Positions 1 through 12,770 are shown, numbered from the whole stretch's first letter. The stretch: 63,686 nucleotides of DNA, filler included, from Choristocarpus tenellus KU-1152 (GCA_964200185.2; 12 parts of 12 records of this genome joined end to end with filler, not necessarily neighbours in it), one strand, 5' to 3'. Numbers and translations: made by a program. Notes: a model not told the origin generated them from the sequence alone.

Positions 1-451
1 CAAAGGTACACCTAACACAAGAGCATCCTCCGGCGTGGAGAGGTGGGTTTGAAGTATGTACACAGTGTTATTTGTACCCGGTATATTTTTCCCCCTGCTT
101 AATGATTGAACAGTAGTCCTATCTCTGAACAATGTAATCCGACCGTACTCGCCACATTCACTTTGCAGTTACCACGCCGAGATGTCTGATGTACAAAGTT
201 AGAGATCCCTCCAGCGTGGTGCTATGTGTTACATATATGTTGATATACACGTGTGATATGTTCATTTATGCTTCAACAATATCTCATCCGGCCGTCCCTG
301 TGCTGCTGCAGCAGTAACCACGCTTCAGTACCTACAGAATTAGAGATCTTCTGCTGGCATATGATTCCTCTAGGATTCCATCCCCCGTCCCTTGTATCCA
401 CCTCCAACACAACTCCCATCCTTTATATACATACGTGTGCTACTACAACAG

Positions 452-3400
452 GAACGGCACGGACAAAGATAAGGACATGGCTCCGAAGTGAGACCTGGTG
501 ATGTCCTGGATAGACTACTGGGCGGATACATACGGGCAGTTCATGCCTCACAAGTCCGCAATTGTGATCTACGCCGCGAACAAAGAGGTAGGTTTTGCCA
601 TTGGTTGTGGAGAGGTTGGCCGCACCCTGTGTTGGAGTTAGTTGCAAACCATGTGACCCAGCAGTACGTAGAAGAAGTGGATCGAAGGAGTATTTCGAGT
701 GGTGGGTGTTTAATACTTTGACCGGTCTGAGATTATGGTTTTAAAAAAATGTGAAGATTCGTACGAAGTTCTATTTTTTTGTTTGCTATGTCGAGACTAC
801 AATGATGATGATGATACTCTTCGTCGCTTTACGAAGGAAGGTACAAAAACTGTTATTTCACCGTTGTGTACACCTACTCTGCAGCCCCAGGCCCGGTCTG
901 ACATTGGTAGTAAAAGTGTGTACTTCGTATGTCTTAAGCTCTTCGTGATGATGATGATGATGATGGTAGATTCACCTCCTTTACCGTTTCTGCAAACGGC
1001 AGCGAGGCCCGAACAGAATGACGCTCTTGGCAGATTTAATCAAATCATTCTATTTGACCTTTCATAACACACGATGTAAGCTTGCTTGATCCTGTCTTCC
1101 GTGTTCTCAGTCAAGTTATTGGTCAGCCCGCCTTCGAGAGTTCTTGCAGCGGTGTTCTTCGAGTGTTCCTCCTCAATAAATCCTCACTTAACCACAAAAC
1201 CAACATTTTTAATTAGGAGCTATACAAGGATTTTTGCAAAGAGGCAACACAGGTGTATCCTGACGACACTTCCAAGCGGATAAGCAAGGCGCACTTCCTC
1301 CGATTGCTCAGAGAGGACAGGCCCAACATCAGGGTGAGGGTAGGAGGCGAGTTTATGAAATGCAACATATGTGTCGCGTTAAAAGAGAAGCGGCACGGTG
1401 CGCCTGGTGTAAAACCCACGAATGACTCCACCGTCCTCGAGTCCATCGACAAGGAGCTGTCAGACCATCGAAAGGTAGGTGTCCAGCGTTAATTTTGCGA
1501 CAAGCGTACACTAGCAACATTTCGCCATCATTGCCCTCCATTTGGAACAACATCTGTTGCCTTTTGCGAATGAAGACTCCGATGCAGGTGCTTATGGCAG
1601 CAGCAGCAGCCTCACTCAGTGCAAAAATGTTGTTATTAGTTGCCCAAACACTTTGTATGATAGACTGCTTCCTGGTCGTCTACAACGGGCTATGGGAGGG
1701 ACAGGTCATGTAGCGGTCTTCCGGCCCTATACGTACATACTTGCTACCGTCCCGATAATACTGTGTTTGCTTTAAATGTAGCAATAAAAAACAAGACCAA
1801 AGACAATATTTTTTGTTACATACACTCGATTTCTGTTACTAACCTGATACGTGTTAACAAGTGGCCATTTTTTTTACAGCTCTAAGCAGATTTATTTGAT
1901 TTACAGACGTGATGTTGCTCTCCCCCATTCGCCAGATTATCCAAGCAGATCAGCTGGTCATCGTCAACAGCACCAGCAGCACCATGCGGGCCAAAGCCGA
2001 CGGCAAACCTCTCGGCTTCGCGTTCATGTCCGTAGACGCGGCGAACCAGACAGCACACGCCCTCCCAGCACTTTACCCACCTACCCATGGCGGTGACAGG
2101 TAACCACATGCACGCATAGTCCATCTGTCAACAAGTTTGCACCCGCACGCAGAACAGAATAGACGACCATGTTTTATTCTACGAATGAGTGCATGAACCA
2201 CAAGGAGTAACCGCCAAAACAGACGCACATAATTCCACTACCTATTCCGTTCATCACGATGATGACGCACTGTAACACCTTTCTTTACACGTTTCTTTGA
2301 TTCATGTCCTTCTTATCAGGGGCTACTCTGAGCGCCAGAGGATCATGGCCGCACACGTCGAAGGCCAGTTCGCATAGGTGTTCTTCACTCCTATCAATCT
2401 TGGAGGAGGTACATATTGTGGGTTGTGACTCAACAAACACCGGACTGCATAGATGCTGGTTGCGCACGCACCACTTGATTTACCGTCATGGTGAGTGGAC
2501 TCGCCATAGGTTAGATACCCGAGGACGACTACTTCCTTACACGATTTTCCTACAGATACCGCAGGCCTGGTGAACAGTCGATTAACAGATGATGCGCTGT
2601 GCTCCCCTGCCCTCGTACGCCTCAGCTTCAGAAGGGCGAGAGGAGCATAAGAGTTAATCAAATAGGAGGAAAACCCACAGACATGTATATCAGCCAGTCG
2701 GGTGTATGTGCTCTACATCGCAAAAACACATTCCATTACCCCTCTTTTTAGCTCCAAATAAACAATGCGTAAGTAAGCAGAGTACTATTTGCCAACTAAC
2801 GACGGATATCATCGTTTGCGCAGGTTGTAACCTTGTCTGCACAGCCACCCACCTTGCCTTCACAAGGCTTATCGACAAGTACCGCAACAACCTCGATCAC
2901 GCAAGGAGTTGCATCATCCAGCACGCGCATTGGTAGGTAAGAAAGGTTCATCTTGACACGACCTACTCAACACATACTCACCGAATACCAATCACCAAGT
3001 AACTAACTGCACAGTCTTTAGTTTTGGTTTGTGTGTTGCAACCTGCATGTACGATGGCGGTGATGTAGAGCTTGAGCTCTAGCAAAACTGGAAACATACC
3101 CTGTTCCTCCACGAAACGCGGTGAAATGGGCTGACATATCGGCCTCACGCCTATCCCTCCCTCGCTCCCAACTCCCCAAACTGGCCAGGTCGACAACTGC
3201 GTCTCAGAGAACAAGAACAATTTCTTTCTCGGATATGCGGGGCTGTTGGTTGCGGCGAGTGTCATTTGTGTGTTCAAGATACATTTTATGATGGTGGGGC
3301 ACATGCACATCAAGATCGATCAGATTTTCTCCAGGTAATTAGGCAAGATATATAAATGCAATTGCCACATGGTGTTTTTACATGGACAGATACTGCCTTG

Positions 3401-5482
3401 AGGCTTGCAGCTCATGCTTGTTGCCACTCTCGAAGGTTATGGTCATACACTGCAATTGATTGATTGACTTTTGATTTCCCCACAACAAAATAGCACGAGA
3501 AGAGCAGCTGGCAAAATTGTGTTGTAACCTAGCCTCGAAACAAAAACAAAAAAATGTACGCATCACCCCTTTTTATATTTATACTTCCATATACATTCGT
3601 CAGAGCATGTGCCTGCATATATATCTTGCTTCTCCACTTCGTTTCTTTCGCCCCCACCTCAAAATTTACTTGCTTGCATTTCACCTTCAGGTTCTCACGT
3701 GGTATAAAAGGGAAGAATATATTCACAAGAACACAGCTGGGCGAAGAGCTGCAGGCCTCTTACACGGAGGTTCCAGTCTACTGCAAGACCCTACGGAATG
3801 AGGGCAGCTTCAAGGGACTCTTTCGTGGTCGCGTCAACCATGTTCCCAACATCACGAGCTACAGGGCTTTTCACGTTGAAAAAGGCGGTGATGGGCGGGT
3901 TAAGGTTAGCGTAAAGCAATACATGCACAGCACCGCAAGGAATGGGATAGGCGCCAACATTGCTATCGACCTCAATGCCCCTCCGCACGACCTCTTCATC
4001 GGCCACCCGCCTCGTCTCCAAGATGCACCACCCTACCGGCTCAAGAGCGTTCCCAAAGACATCATCCTGAAGGTGGAGCAGCAGTACCAGGCGTCGCACG
4101 AGCGCCTCGCTGCTGCGTACCCACTGGGTGAGTGGAACATTTCGTGAGGGGAGTTGATGGCCAATTTTTGTATTCGGTGGCAGCCAAAAAAATCTGGTGC
4201 AACTTCTGTACGAGGTAGCCTTTACAGCCTCTACAAAAACAACCTTGAAAAATATTCCATTCTCATGCGTAGTGATCGTCGCGTGTTACAATAAGCAACA
4301 ACTATAGATTACCCCCGATAATTGTTTTGAGGGTACCGGTCTTGTACTCAACAGCTACGAATCCGACGAAATCTACACCCTACCTCTCACTACATGCTCC
4401 CCGAGCGCATTCGTGCAACCTCAAGGCTGGTTACAAAAACATTCATGCTTCCATACCGTTGATGTTCTCGTGTTCATGGATTCCACCTTCGCAGACAATG
4501 AAGCCGTTCAGAGAGCGAAACACGAGCAAAGCGAGTCTGTGCGGCTTCTCAAAAAAACAGGGAAACGAGAGTTCGACCTCCCAGTCCATTGGCTTCCCAC
4601 CGATGACGATTGCGCTGGAACTGGTACCAGCGATGTCGAAGACACCAACAAGGGCGAACGTTCGGGTGGAGGAGGTAATCTCGTCAGCAGTGAAAATGAT
4701 CTTGGCGGGCTCGAGGAAACAGACTCTTCCTCATCGGACAGTGACACAGGAGAAGCTGGCTTCCGTCGACGGGGTTGGCCTCGTGCTACCTTGAGATTAG
4801 CGAACGATGGAAACCTCGTCACCGTGCAGGAAGGCAGGTTTTCCTTTTTTGTGGCAATGGAGGCGCCGCTCTTGGTCGGCAAGATCCTAGTGCGTCAGCG
4901 ACGACGGGGAGCGTGGGGTGGATCTTCACTGGCTTCGGCCGACCAGTGACCACACACGTGACAACGCCGCGTTTATGACCCTTGAAAAGTACGGGAAAAG
5001 TACTTTTGTCGAAGGCTACATACACGCTGGTGATAGATCCGGGCGAGGTGGGAAACAGAAGCAGGTTAATGACGTAACTAGGAACCCGTGGCGGGTATTG
5101 TTTCGACGTGGGACAAACTTGTTGGGAACGGCAAAAGGTTCCTATCAAGTTCTTGACAGTTCTATCGTCTGCTATGGAGGCGGGGGAAGGGGGGGGTTTT
5201 GGGGGAGAAGGACGGAAGACAAAATTCAAGGGACGAGGAGAGGAGGGGGGGGGGGAGAATGGGGACGAAAAGGAGGACAACACCGACAACGACAAGGAGG
5301 AGGACGAGGAGGAGGATGAAGAGGAGGTAAAGGACGAGGAGCAGCAGAAGGAGGATGAGGACGACGAGGACGACGAGGACGACGAGGATGATGAGATAAG
5401 GAGAACATCGGTACGAGGGAGGGGAGGGGGGCGTCTGCCGGTGCAGGTGCATGTACGGGAGTGCCCTTGCAGACGGCCGTGA
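452..5482 (+). pseudogene. Intron-containing Sola/DUF7869-like DDD transposase pseudogene (8 exons: 452-587, 1217-1474, 1936-2099, 2320-2408, 2824-2921, 3189-3334, 3691-4127, 4495-~5482)
   Basis: Manual splicing keeps phase across all junctions. The product reads WIDYWADTYGQFMPH, FMKCNICVAL (CxxC), FMSVDAANQ (first D), IMAAHVEG, GGGCNLVC, QVDNCVSENKNN (second D) and FMMVGHMHIKIDQIFSR (third D), the motif order of Sola-type/DUF7869 transposases. Lesions: in-frame TGA 489-491, TAG 2375-2377, lost donor after 2921, and frameshifts in the last exon. Confidence 0.8.
5270..5395 (+). repeat. GAG/GAC low-complexity tract encoding an acidic D/E tail of the transposase
   Basis: Reads EKEDNTDNDKEEDEEEDEEEVKDEEQQKEDEDDEDDEDDEDDE in frame 5108..5482. 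The overlapping Ser/Pro-rich minus-strand ORFs are its shadows. Confidence 0.75.
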
Positions 5483-5937
5483 AAGGACCAGTCCTTGAAG
5501 CGGGTACAGGACGGAGCAGTACGGCAGCACGGAAGAGACCTTTGGCTCCAACGCAAACGCTGGAGCCAAACACACAGGTTAGGTTTACCGCTACACACTT
5601 TCGGCCCCGTCAAGGTGCTAGGGAAATGTAGAGACGCCGGATTAGCAAGCATGTGGCAGATATTCGTGTAAGTAAAGTATACCTCGTAGGTCTCTTGGAG
5701 AATGAGCGGTGTGTATAGAGAGCCGAGTATGCATATTTGTTCTGGTGGATAGTAATAACTGCCGCGGGTGATGGCGGCGACAACATGTGCTTAGTTTAAT
5801 CCATGATGTTTTCAGAGCGTTCCAAGCAGCATGTTGTTGCGATACATAGTAGAAGGAGGTTTTGGTTGCATGGCGGTCGTAGTCCTTTATTTCCATTCAT
5901 GATTTTGAGCCTCCTTCAACACGGGTTGGTGGTCCTT

Positions 5938-6185
5938 GAGTGAAACTATCTTAGAGGGTACGAGTTTTTCCCTGTTTATCCATTTGGGGCTTGGCTTCCC
6001 ACGGGCTTTTAATGACATTTAATCTACTCCAAAATGTTTTGGAGTAGTAAAATATATATGTTATGAAAAGGTGTGTCCAGAACAAGGATATTGACACTTC
6101 CTATCAAACACGATAGTCAAAATTACACCAAAATCGCAACATTGGATTTTGACCCCCAAATGGACGCGGCTCTACCCTCTAAGAT
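5938..6185 (-). mobile_element. MITE family A copy, cut by linker
   Basis: Starts GAGTGAAACTATCTTAGAGGGTACGAG and matches the reverse complement of copies such as 55886-56144. Confidence 0.85.
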
Positions 6186-6285
6186 NNNNNNNNNNNNNNN
6201 NNNNNNNNNNNNNNNNNNNNNNNNNNNNNTTAATTAATTAANNNNNNNNNNNNNNNNNNNNNNNNNNNNNNNNNNNNNNNNNNNN
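6186..6285. other. Artificial contig linker (first of 11)
   Basis: 44 N + TTAATTAATTAA (stops in all six frames) + 44 N. Identical linkers at 9153-9252, 12103-12202, 19625-19724, 28130-28229, 33600-33699, 37090-37189, 42172-42271, 46205-46304, 48934-49033 and 59700-59799. A separate 10-N gap lies at 52427-52436. Confidence 0.98.
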
Positions 6286-6287
6286 GT

Positions 6288-6500
6288 GATGAGAGGCGTT
6301 TCGTTCTGGGCCTCGACGAGGACATCCTTGCCGAGGTCAAAGAGTGGGTGCGCGAACACACAGGAAGAAAGGGTAGGGAGGCTTTTTTCCTGTCTAAACC
6401 CTATACTTTAATCAAGTAATAGTGTATCTGTTGCCACTCTTGGTGACCTACAATCCAGGGTTCGAACCCCAATATGACCGCTCTTTCTTCAAAAAATGAA
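6288..6500 (+). pseudogene. Possible IS630/Tc1-like transposase N-terminal remnant
   Basis: 6288-6372 reads DERRFVLGLDEDILAEVKEWVREHTGRKG, then a GT donor. A frameshifted EPNMTAL follows near 6460. This resembles the WVRE..KGEPNMT motif I recall from eukaryotic DDE transposases; no catalytic domain is visible. Confidence 0.3.
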
Positions 6501-6939
6501 AAAAATGGCGAAAAAGAACCTGAAGCCTGTACCCTTGGGGGCATTATGACGGGCATCACGAATATGTTTTTCTTGTTTTAATCAAATGTCTACATCAAAG
6601 GTTATGACGGGACAACCCCAGAGGGCAAAGCTGCTGGTACCACTATAGTGTCAATTTAGGAGTATTGATGGCCATCAAATCCAGCACATCAAAGAGTTTT
6701 ATGTGATGTATCATAATATCTTTACATTGTACGTGAACGATCATATATCAATAATTTCATATTTTTAATATGAAGTTATGATATTGGTTGGTTTGATATT
6801 GGAAGTCAAAAATGACAGACATTCGTCCTCTGTGGTCTCATGTTCCAGTATACCGTTCATGGATTTTGGAAGGAATAACGTCTTCTCACTTGTTATGAAA
6901 GTGCAAGAGTTGGGTGAAGTACAATGAAAAACATATTAA

Positions 6940-7201
6940 GAATCAACCCAATTGAGAGGTAGGCAGGGTTTCATTTTAAGGATCCCAAGAAAGGGTAATA
7001 AGACGCCATTTTCTACAATTCCAAAATGAGCCTTGGTTGAATTGTGGTGTCACTTCGTGTGTGGAAAGAAGGGGAAGCATCAATTTTGAGTTCACAATTG
7101 TGCACATGAAGCAATGAATAGAGTTGAATTCCACAGGGTAAGCAAGATGAGTTAGAATGGAGACAGCTTTAAACCTTTCTGACTCTCAATTGGTTTAGCT
7201 C
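6940..7201 (+). mobile_element. MITE family B copy (262 bp)
   Basis: GAATCAACCCAATTGAGAGGTAGG ... CTCTCAATTGGTTTAGCTC. The interior aligns with 23486-23749 and 58807-59067. Confidence 0.8.
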
Positions 7202-9252
7202 AAAATTGGTATTTTTTCAGAGTATAAACAACATAGAAGCTCAAGTTGTATCGCTCGGCTGGGGCTGACAGTTAGTGCAGTATCTGGGGGGACACCACCA
7301 AGGCAAAGATAAGCTAACAAGGGAAAAATTAACACACTGTGTACTTCTCTACCCTAAGTCCATCAAGATAGAAGACCTCCAGTGAGAGGTGGCAAGAACA
7401 CTGCACAGGATACTGCAGCGTCTCTACCATCACCATTAATTTCCACCACCTACGTCTTCCACACCCAAGCACCAATGTCATCCCCACATGAATGCAGCAC
7501 CACAGCAACATCGACAACATCCCTAGAAAGGCGGTTACTCCTGGAGGTAACTGTTTGCAGATAGAGGAGAACAAGCATTCAGATGCAGGTGAAGTGGCCT
7601 GTGCATGCAAATTCGTTCGTGCAAGCTTCCTCTACTCTCCAAAACCTCCTTTGCCTTGCACAATTTGAGGGGACCAGCAAGCTCCTTCACCATTTCCACA
7701 TCCACTGGTTGCACATAGCGGTATACATACAGCTGGTATTGCAGTTCAACCTTACAGGTGATCTTCAACCGTGCCCTCTTGTGGGCATTCCCCCCTCCTC
7801 CACCTAAAGGAGAAAACAACATCACCCCACTTCCGTGAAGTCTCAATCGCTTTCTTGGGTAGGGTAATCGTGCTGAACTGCTGGTTGCTCTCATCATTAT
7901 GAAAGGAATCCACTCCCCACTTACCCATATTTCTTGCTCCTTGAGCCTTGTGATCCTTTTCCTCCAATGAATCCACAATATAGTAGAGGCCATCCCTCGC
8001 AACCATCTCAGATGGTTGTACACAGTCATCATTTTCTTGCCTCTGTTTCGACTAAGACCCAGTACCTGTATATTGGATGGAATAGATGAGGTCGCATTAC
8101 CCACATTATCACATAAATTGTAGTGTGAGAAGGCAAAGCAGTCTCTGCTTGCTGACAATCGAAAAATTACTGCAACAATTTAATTTTTTCTTCAAACCGA
8201 TAGAATAAACATGAAGGGACTTAACCATCCCTACCCACCACATACACCCAACGAGCCCCTCTTCTGAGGGTCGAAGACTGCGACAAGATGTATCACCTTC
8301 TTCTATGCCATTTTCTCCTTGGCTGCCGTCAACTCGCTTGTGTAGTCAGGTACATTGTCCAGCATGCTTGCCCTCTGCCATAATGACATGCAGAACTATA
8401 ACAGTGGGAGGATTGACCCACAGGAGTGGTTGTGTGATGAATTATTCTGCAACCTCTCAATGACGCAATACCTATTAACCACATCCCAGTCAAACGGTCA
8501 TCATGACAGCGTTCATAGTTCAGCTGATGAATGATTGGCTGAAATACATATCCTAGCCGCTGTTGCAAAGATCTTTTCTGTTACAACTACATGGAAGAAT
8601 CTTCAACTTAGCTGCCCGTTTCATTTGCATCTTTTGTACAAACTCGAGTTGCCCGCAATGGAAAAAATGACAAAAGCTTGGAAAAGCACTGAAAAAGAGC
8701 GTGGCTATGTGGTTCAATATTATTAGAACATCGTATCTGAATATTTAGATATGATGCTTGATATATCCAAATACTGAGGACAAAAAGCGCCAAGATTCTG
8801 TGTGATGGGGAATGGTAACAATCACTAGAGATGGCGAAGTGACAATTGAATAGCAAGATAGTCAGCAAATGGGATCCACATCACGACGCTGGTGCGTCCA
8901 GTGAACAAGAAAATATGAACAGACTGTGGAAGATCACCAGGTCAAAGTTGACCGAGTCGCGTTTGACGGGGTTCAAAAACCTCGTAAAACTGTCAAAGAG
9001 GGTGTTTATTGCGATGCCTAGGACAAAAGCCCCCCGTGGTTTGAGCAGCTCGCTCATCTCATCGTCCCCCGTCGGTGCCAATTCTTCAGTCCACAAGTCT
9101 GTCCGGGGCTAGGACTCAAACACCCCGACAAAGGAACAGCATGGCGGTGCGGNNNNNNNNNNNNNNNNNNNNNNNNNNNNNNNNNNNNNNNNNNNNTTAA
9201 TTAATTAANNNNNNNNNNNNNNNNNNNNNNNNNNNNNNNNNNNNNNNNNNNN

Positions 9253-9412
9253 TCCTTTTATATGATGATATTGATGTTAATTCAAGTGAGAGATCCAGCA
9301 TACCTGACGACTTGTGCATCAGGAGTCCTATACGTACATCAGTGTCATCTATAGGTCCGTAGATTGGAGCTATACATCCTGTGGAGGTAAGCTTTGAGGG
9401 GTGCCTGTAACA
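9253..9412 (+). mobile_element. 3' end of an LTR (TGTTACA...TGTAACA family) inserted into the Copia RT
   Basis: ACATCCTGTGGAGG..TGAGGGGTGCCTGTAACA matches the 3' end of the solo LTR at 62486-63203. Copia RT sequence starts immediately after 9412. Confidence 0.7.
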
Positions 9413-10555
9413 CAACTGCCCAATGGATCCATCGTAAAAGCTGCCAGGGCCATCTATGGCCTTAAGCAATCAGCAATGGAGTGGTACAGGGAGCTCAAGG
9501 GAACAATATTAGATGAGAGGTGGAGTGTTAGCCACTTAGATGCCTGCCTGTATGTGATGAGGAGTGAGGATGGTACAATTGCTGTCCTCTTTCAATATGT
9601 GGATGACATCGCATTGACTGGAGACTTCGATGTAGAAATAAAGAGGATGAAGAACAATCTGCTTGCCAAGTACGAAGGACGGGACCTCGGGACGCCAGAC
9701 AAGTTAGTTGGGGTGGCAATCAACCGGGATGGGGCTGGCATCACACTGGACCAGCGTTTCTACGCAGAGAGCTCTGTTCGTGAGGGAATCGGATCCACAG
9801 AAGTGTGGAGTACCTCATCACCTTTAAACCCAGGAATGAACCTGACCCCGAGAAGAACTGACGAGGAGGAGCTGGACCAGAGGTACAGACCTTACCGCAC
9901 CATTTTGGGGAAACATATGTTCCTAGCTGGGATGACACAACCAGACCTATCCAACAGTGTGCGGGAGCTGGGAAGACACGCAGCATCTCTATGCAATCGA
10001 CACTGGAAAGGGCTGCAACATGTTCTACAATACATAGCGGCCACCATGAAAGTAGGGATACGCTGTCCTGCTGGTGGTGAAATAGACAACGGGGGCTTGA
10101 TCATGTATGGAGACTCAGACTGGGGCAATGGCACTGCTTCAAGACGAAGCTTGACGGGATATCCAATCCTACTGAATGAGGCGCCAATTGCATGGAAATC
10201 CATGATGCGAGGAACTGTAACCACATCTTCATCAGAAGCGGAATGGACAGCGATGGTGCAAGGAATGAGGCACGCAATATTCCTCAGAGGCATCCTGGGG
10301 GAGCTGGGCATACCCCAAGGTTTCACGAATTGGTATGGGGACAATCGAGGTGCGATCCAAGCAGCGATAACTGAAGGTTTTTATGGAAGAACGAGGCATG
10401 TCGACATCAAGCTGAAATGCACCAGGGAGTATGTCAACCAAGGATTTTTCGCAGTAAAGTATATACCCACAGCACTACAACTTGCAGACATCTTGACAAA
10501 AAGACTACGCAAGAAGCAGGTAGAAGACTTTGTAGACACTGTGTTGAATAGATGA
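9413..10555 (+). mobile_element. Ty1/Copia pol fragment: reverse transcriptase + RNase H
   Basis: Open frame with AIYGLKQS, FQYVDDI, YGDSDWG, RRSLTGY, SSSEAEW, DNRGAI, RTRHVDIK and QLADILTK, all hallmark Copia RT/RNase H motifs. Confidence 0.95.
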
Positions 10556-10661
10556 ACGTCATGTGTTAGATTTGAAGCAATCGTGTTATTTTCTGTGTTG
10601 ATAAGATGAATGATGTGTGTGTGAGAGTTGAAGCAACCTGTGTTCTTTTACTTCCACTCTC

Positions 10662-10901
10662 ATGGGGGAGAGTGCAAAATAGGACAATGAGGTGTACCTT
10701 ATTTTGGCATGTAAGATTATTGCGTTGAATTGAGTCCAAGCGATGTCACTAATGAGATAGTACATCTGAATTATCTATGGAGTTCGGTATTGTAGTTAAA
10801 CTGTTCTGACACAAATAATAATAAAGAAGCAAACAATAGAAGACACCCCACAAAGGTCACTCTTCTAATTTCATCCATCCATTCTTTTCACGTTCTCAGC
10901 A
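10662..10901 (+). mobile_element. Copia polypurine tract (about 10662-10672) and probable 3' LTR (10673-10901)
   Basis: ATGGGGGAGAG lies about 110 bp after the pol stop and is followed directly by TGC..., with a candidate ...CTCAGCA end. The 5' LTR is not in the window, so the boundary cannot be confirmed. Confidence 0.55.
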
Positions 10902-11092
10902 AAGGGGTCGTGTGAGGCTCCACACCATCTTGTGTTCACTACTGATAAATAGCAATACCTTCCAAGGTAAATTGCACAGAAGTGATGCCCCACTTGCTGA
11001 AGATCATCTTGAACAACTCTCCTCTACTGTGGAGGGTTAAATTAAGGCGATAATGGGATTAGAGCAAGACCAGGACTGTTGTTTTCAGACGG

Positions 11093-11950
11093 ATGTTAGT
11101 ATTGGAGTCAGCAGTGCGGGAACATCCTGTCGTCCTGGTCGCTGTGTCCAGCACACGGCCTCCAGCTGGTTTTGCAACAGTCGAAGTCGGGCCAAAATCA
11201 TCCCTACAGAATGAAGGGTTCCGAAATAAGGCATTCGATCATTGCTGCCATGTAGATGACTCTTTCCATCTTGGACAGCACCATCTAACGCACCACGCTC
11301 GTAAGGGGAGGCTCATGGATTGGCAATATGGTCCGGGAGAGAGGAGAAACGTTGGGGTGGTAGCCGTGACACTTGAAAGTGATCCACGGACAACAGTATT
11401 TATTTCTAGCGAGCTGACCCCAGCACAAGAAGACGGAGACAAGCGAGGCAATGCAGCTGGAGCTGCAGCTGTGACCAAGTCTGCACCAGATGGAGCTGGA
11501 GCAGTCATGCTATCCCTGAAGGGGCATGTCTATTGGTTGGAGATGGCGCGATTCTTGCTTACAGAGCGAGAGAAGCAGTTGACGTACCTGTCACCAAGAG
11601 GAGCAAGACATCAGCAGGAGCAGGAGCTAAGCCTCTACTAGAGGGGAAAGGAGCAGCTTCATCTGAGGTGCTTGCCGTGATGGTAGACTTCGATGTCTCT
11701 CTGCTTACCTGTGAAAGGCTTGAGCTTAGCCTCCAACTCCTGAGGGAGAAGGAGCCAAGCAACTAACCCTGGTAGTGGAAGGCGTTGCTCTTTCCAAGGT
11801 GGTTGCCACAATGGCAGACCTTGATGACTCTTGCAGGGAAAGCACCCTGGCGAGGCAGGCGGTTGGCAAGGGCTGCCTGCACAAGATTGGTGAGGCTGGA
11901 GGAGTTGAGCCTCTCGAGCCTCATCAAGGGGGGGGAGTTCATGGCATGTT
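11093..11950 (+). pseudogene. Degraded GC-rich coding-like segment of unknown origin
   Basis: Three consecutive + strand ORFs (11093, 11533, 11775) look like one frameshifted reading frame. No motif recognised. Confidence 0.25.
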
Positions 11951-12075
11951 GTCTGGGCGTAAATATTCATTTACCACCCCTTTGCCCTTATGTATTGCCT
12001 GGCCCATTGGAGGCCAAAGTAGGTGGAATAAGAAGCACTTCCAAGCTTCCCATCTTTACATATCTGACATGGAAC

Positions 12076-12102
12076 GAGTGAACCTATCTTAGAGGGTACG
12101 AA
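12076..12102 (-). mobile_element. MITE family A terminus at contig end
   Basis: GAGTGAACCTATCTTAGAGGGTACGAA followed by the linker. Confidence 0.7.
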
Positions 12103-12770
12103 NNNNNNNNNNNNNNNNNNNNNNNNNNNNNNNNNNNNNNNNNNNNTTAATTAATTAANNNNNNNNNNNNNNNNNNNNNNNNNNNNNNNNNNNNNNNNNN
12201 NNGATCAGAGCGTAGGTAGTGCTACGTAAGCTAGTCTCTGTCATAGAATCTCCTTTTGATGCTCTTTCTGGCTCCAATTTGCGTGGTAGTATTTATACCG
12301 ACATGCATTCATTCCTCTACTATATATGCTGACTTGATCCATCTCATTTCCGCCTAGCAAGTCTAGCACTTCGCTTTTTGGGGCCAAAGATAATTGTTCT
12401 TGTTAGTCAGCACGACCTAATGTGTCCTTATGCATCCCCTTGCATTTTACTTTGCTAGACAAGGCGCTGCCCCCAATAATATTGGCATTACTCTCCCCGA
12501 ACGCCAACCCCATGCTGGACAGGTGTAACTTGTTGGTGATAAGATGGCTAGGATCCCGCTGGAGGTGGAGAGGTCCTTGATGCAAACGGGCTCATTCTCA
12601 CACCGGTGCCCTCATCACTCCTCCTCCCAGACAGGAGTGTGACAACCAAAGCACAGCCTCTACTTCATCTCTCATCGTCCCCATCCGGATCCATAGTGCC
12701 ACAAATTCCATGGAGGAGGTGTGATGGTCTGGTGTGACAATACAGAGACAACGGTCTTTCACTGTATATA

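Noticed and set aside
4819-5652. 277-aa Ser-rich minus-strand ORF and the overlapping Pro/Leu-rich ORFs
   Set aside because: Antisense shadows of the acidic GAG/GAC tail of the transposase.
5895-5911. GATTTTGAGCC as the right TIR of the autonomous transposon
   Set aside because: Matches only part of box 1; boxes 2 and 3 are absent.
6230-6241. Recurring TTAATTAATTAA motif (11 copies) as a biological repeat
   Set aside because: Always centred in exactly 88 Ns. It is a six-frame-stop concatenation linker, and ORFs ending in X...LIN are artefacts.
6455-6480. GGTTCGAACCC B-box suggesting a tRNA
   Set aside because: No A box or pairing stems around it.
7535-8158. 207-aa minus-strand ORF as a gene
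   Set aside because: Non-ATG start, no recognisable motif and no consistent exon chain.
12690-12770. HKFHGGGVMVWC resembling a Tc1 transposase motif
   Set aside because: Only 12 residues with stops on both sides and no DDE context; too weak to call.
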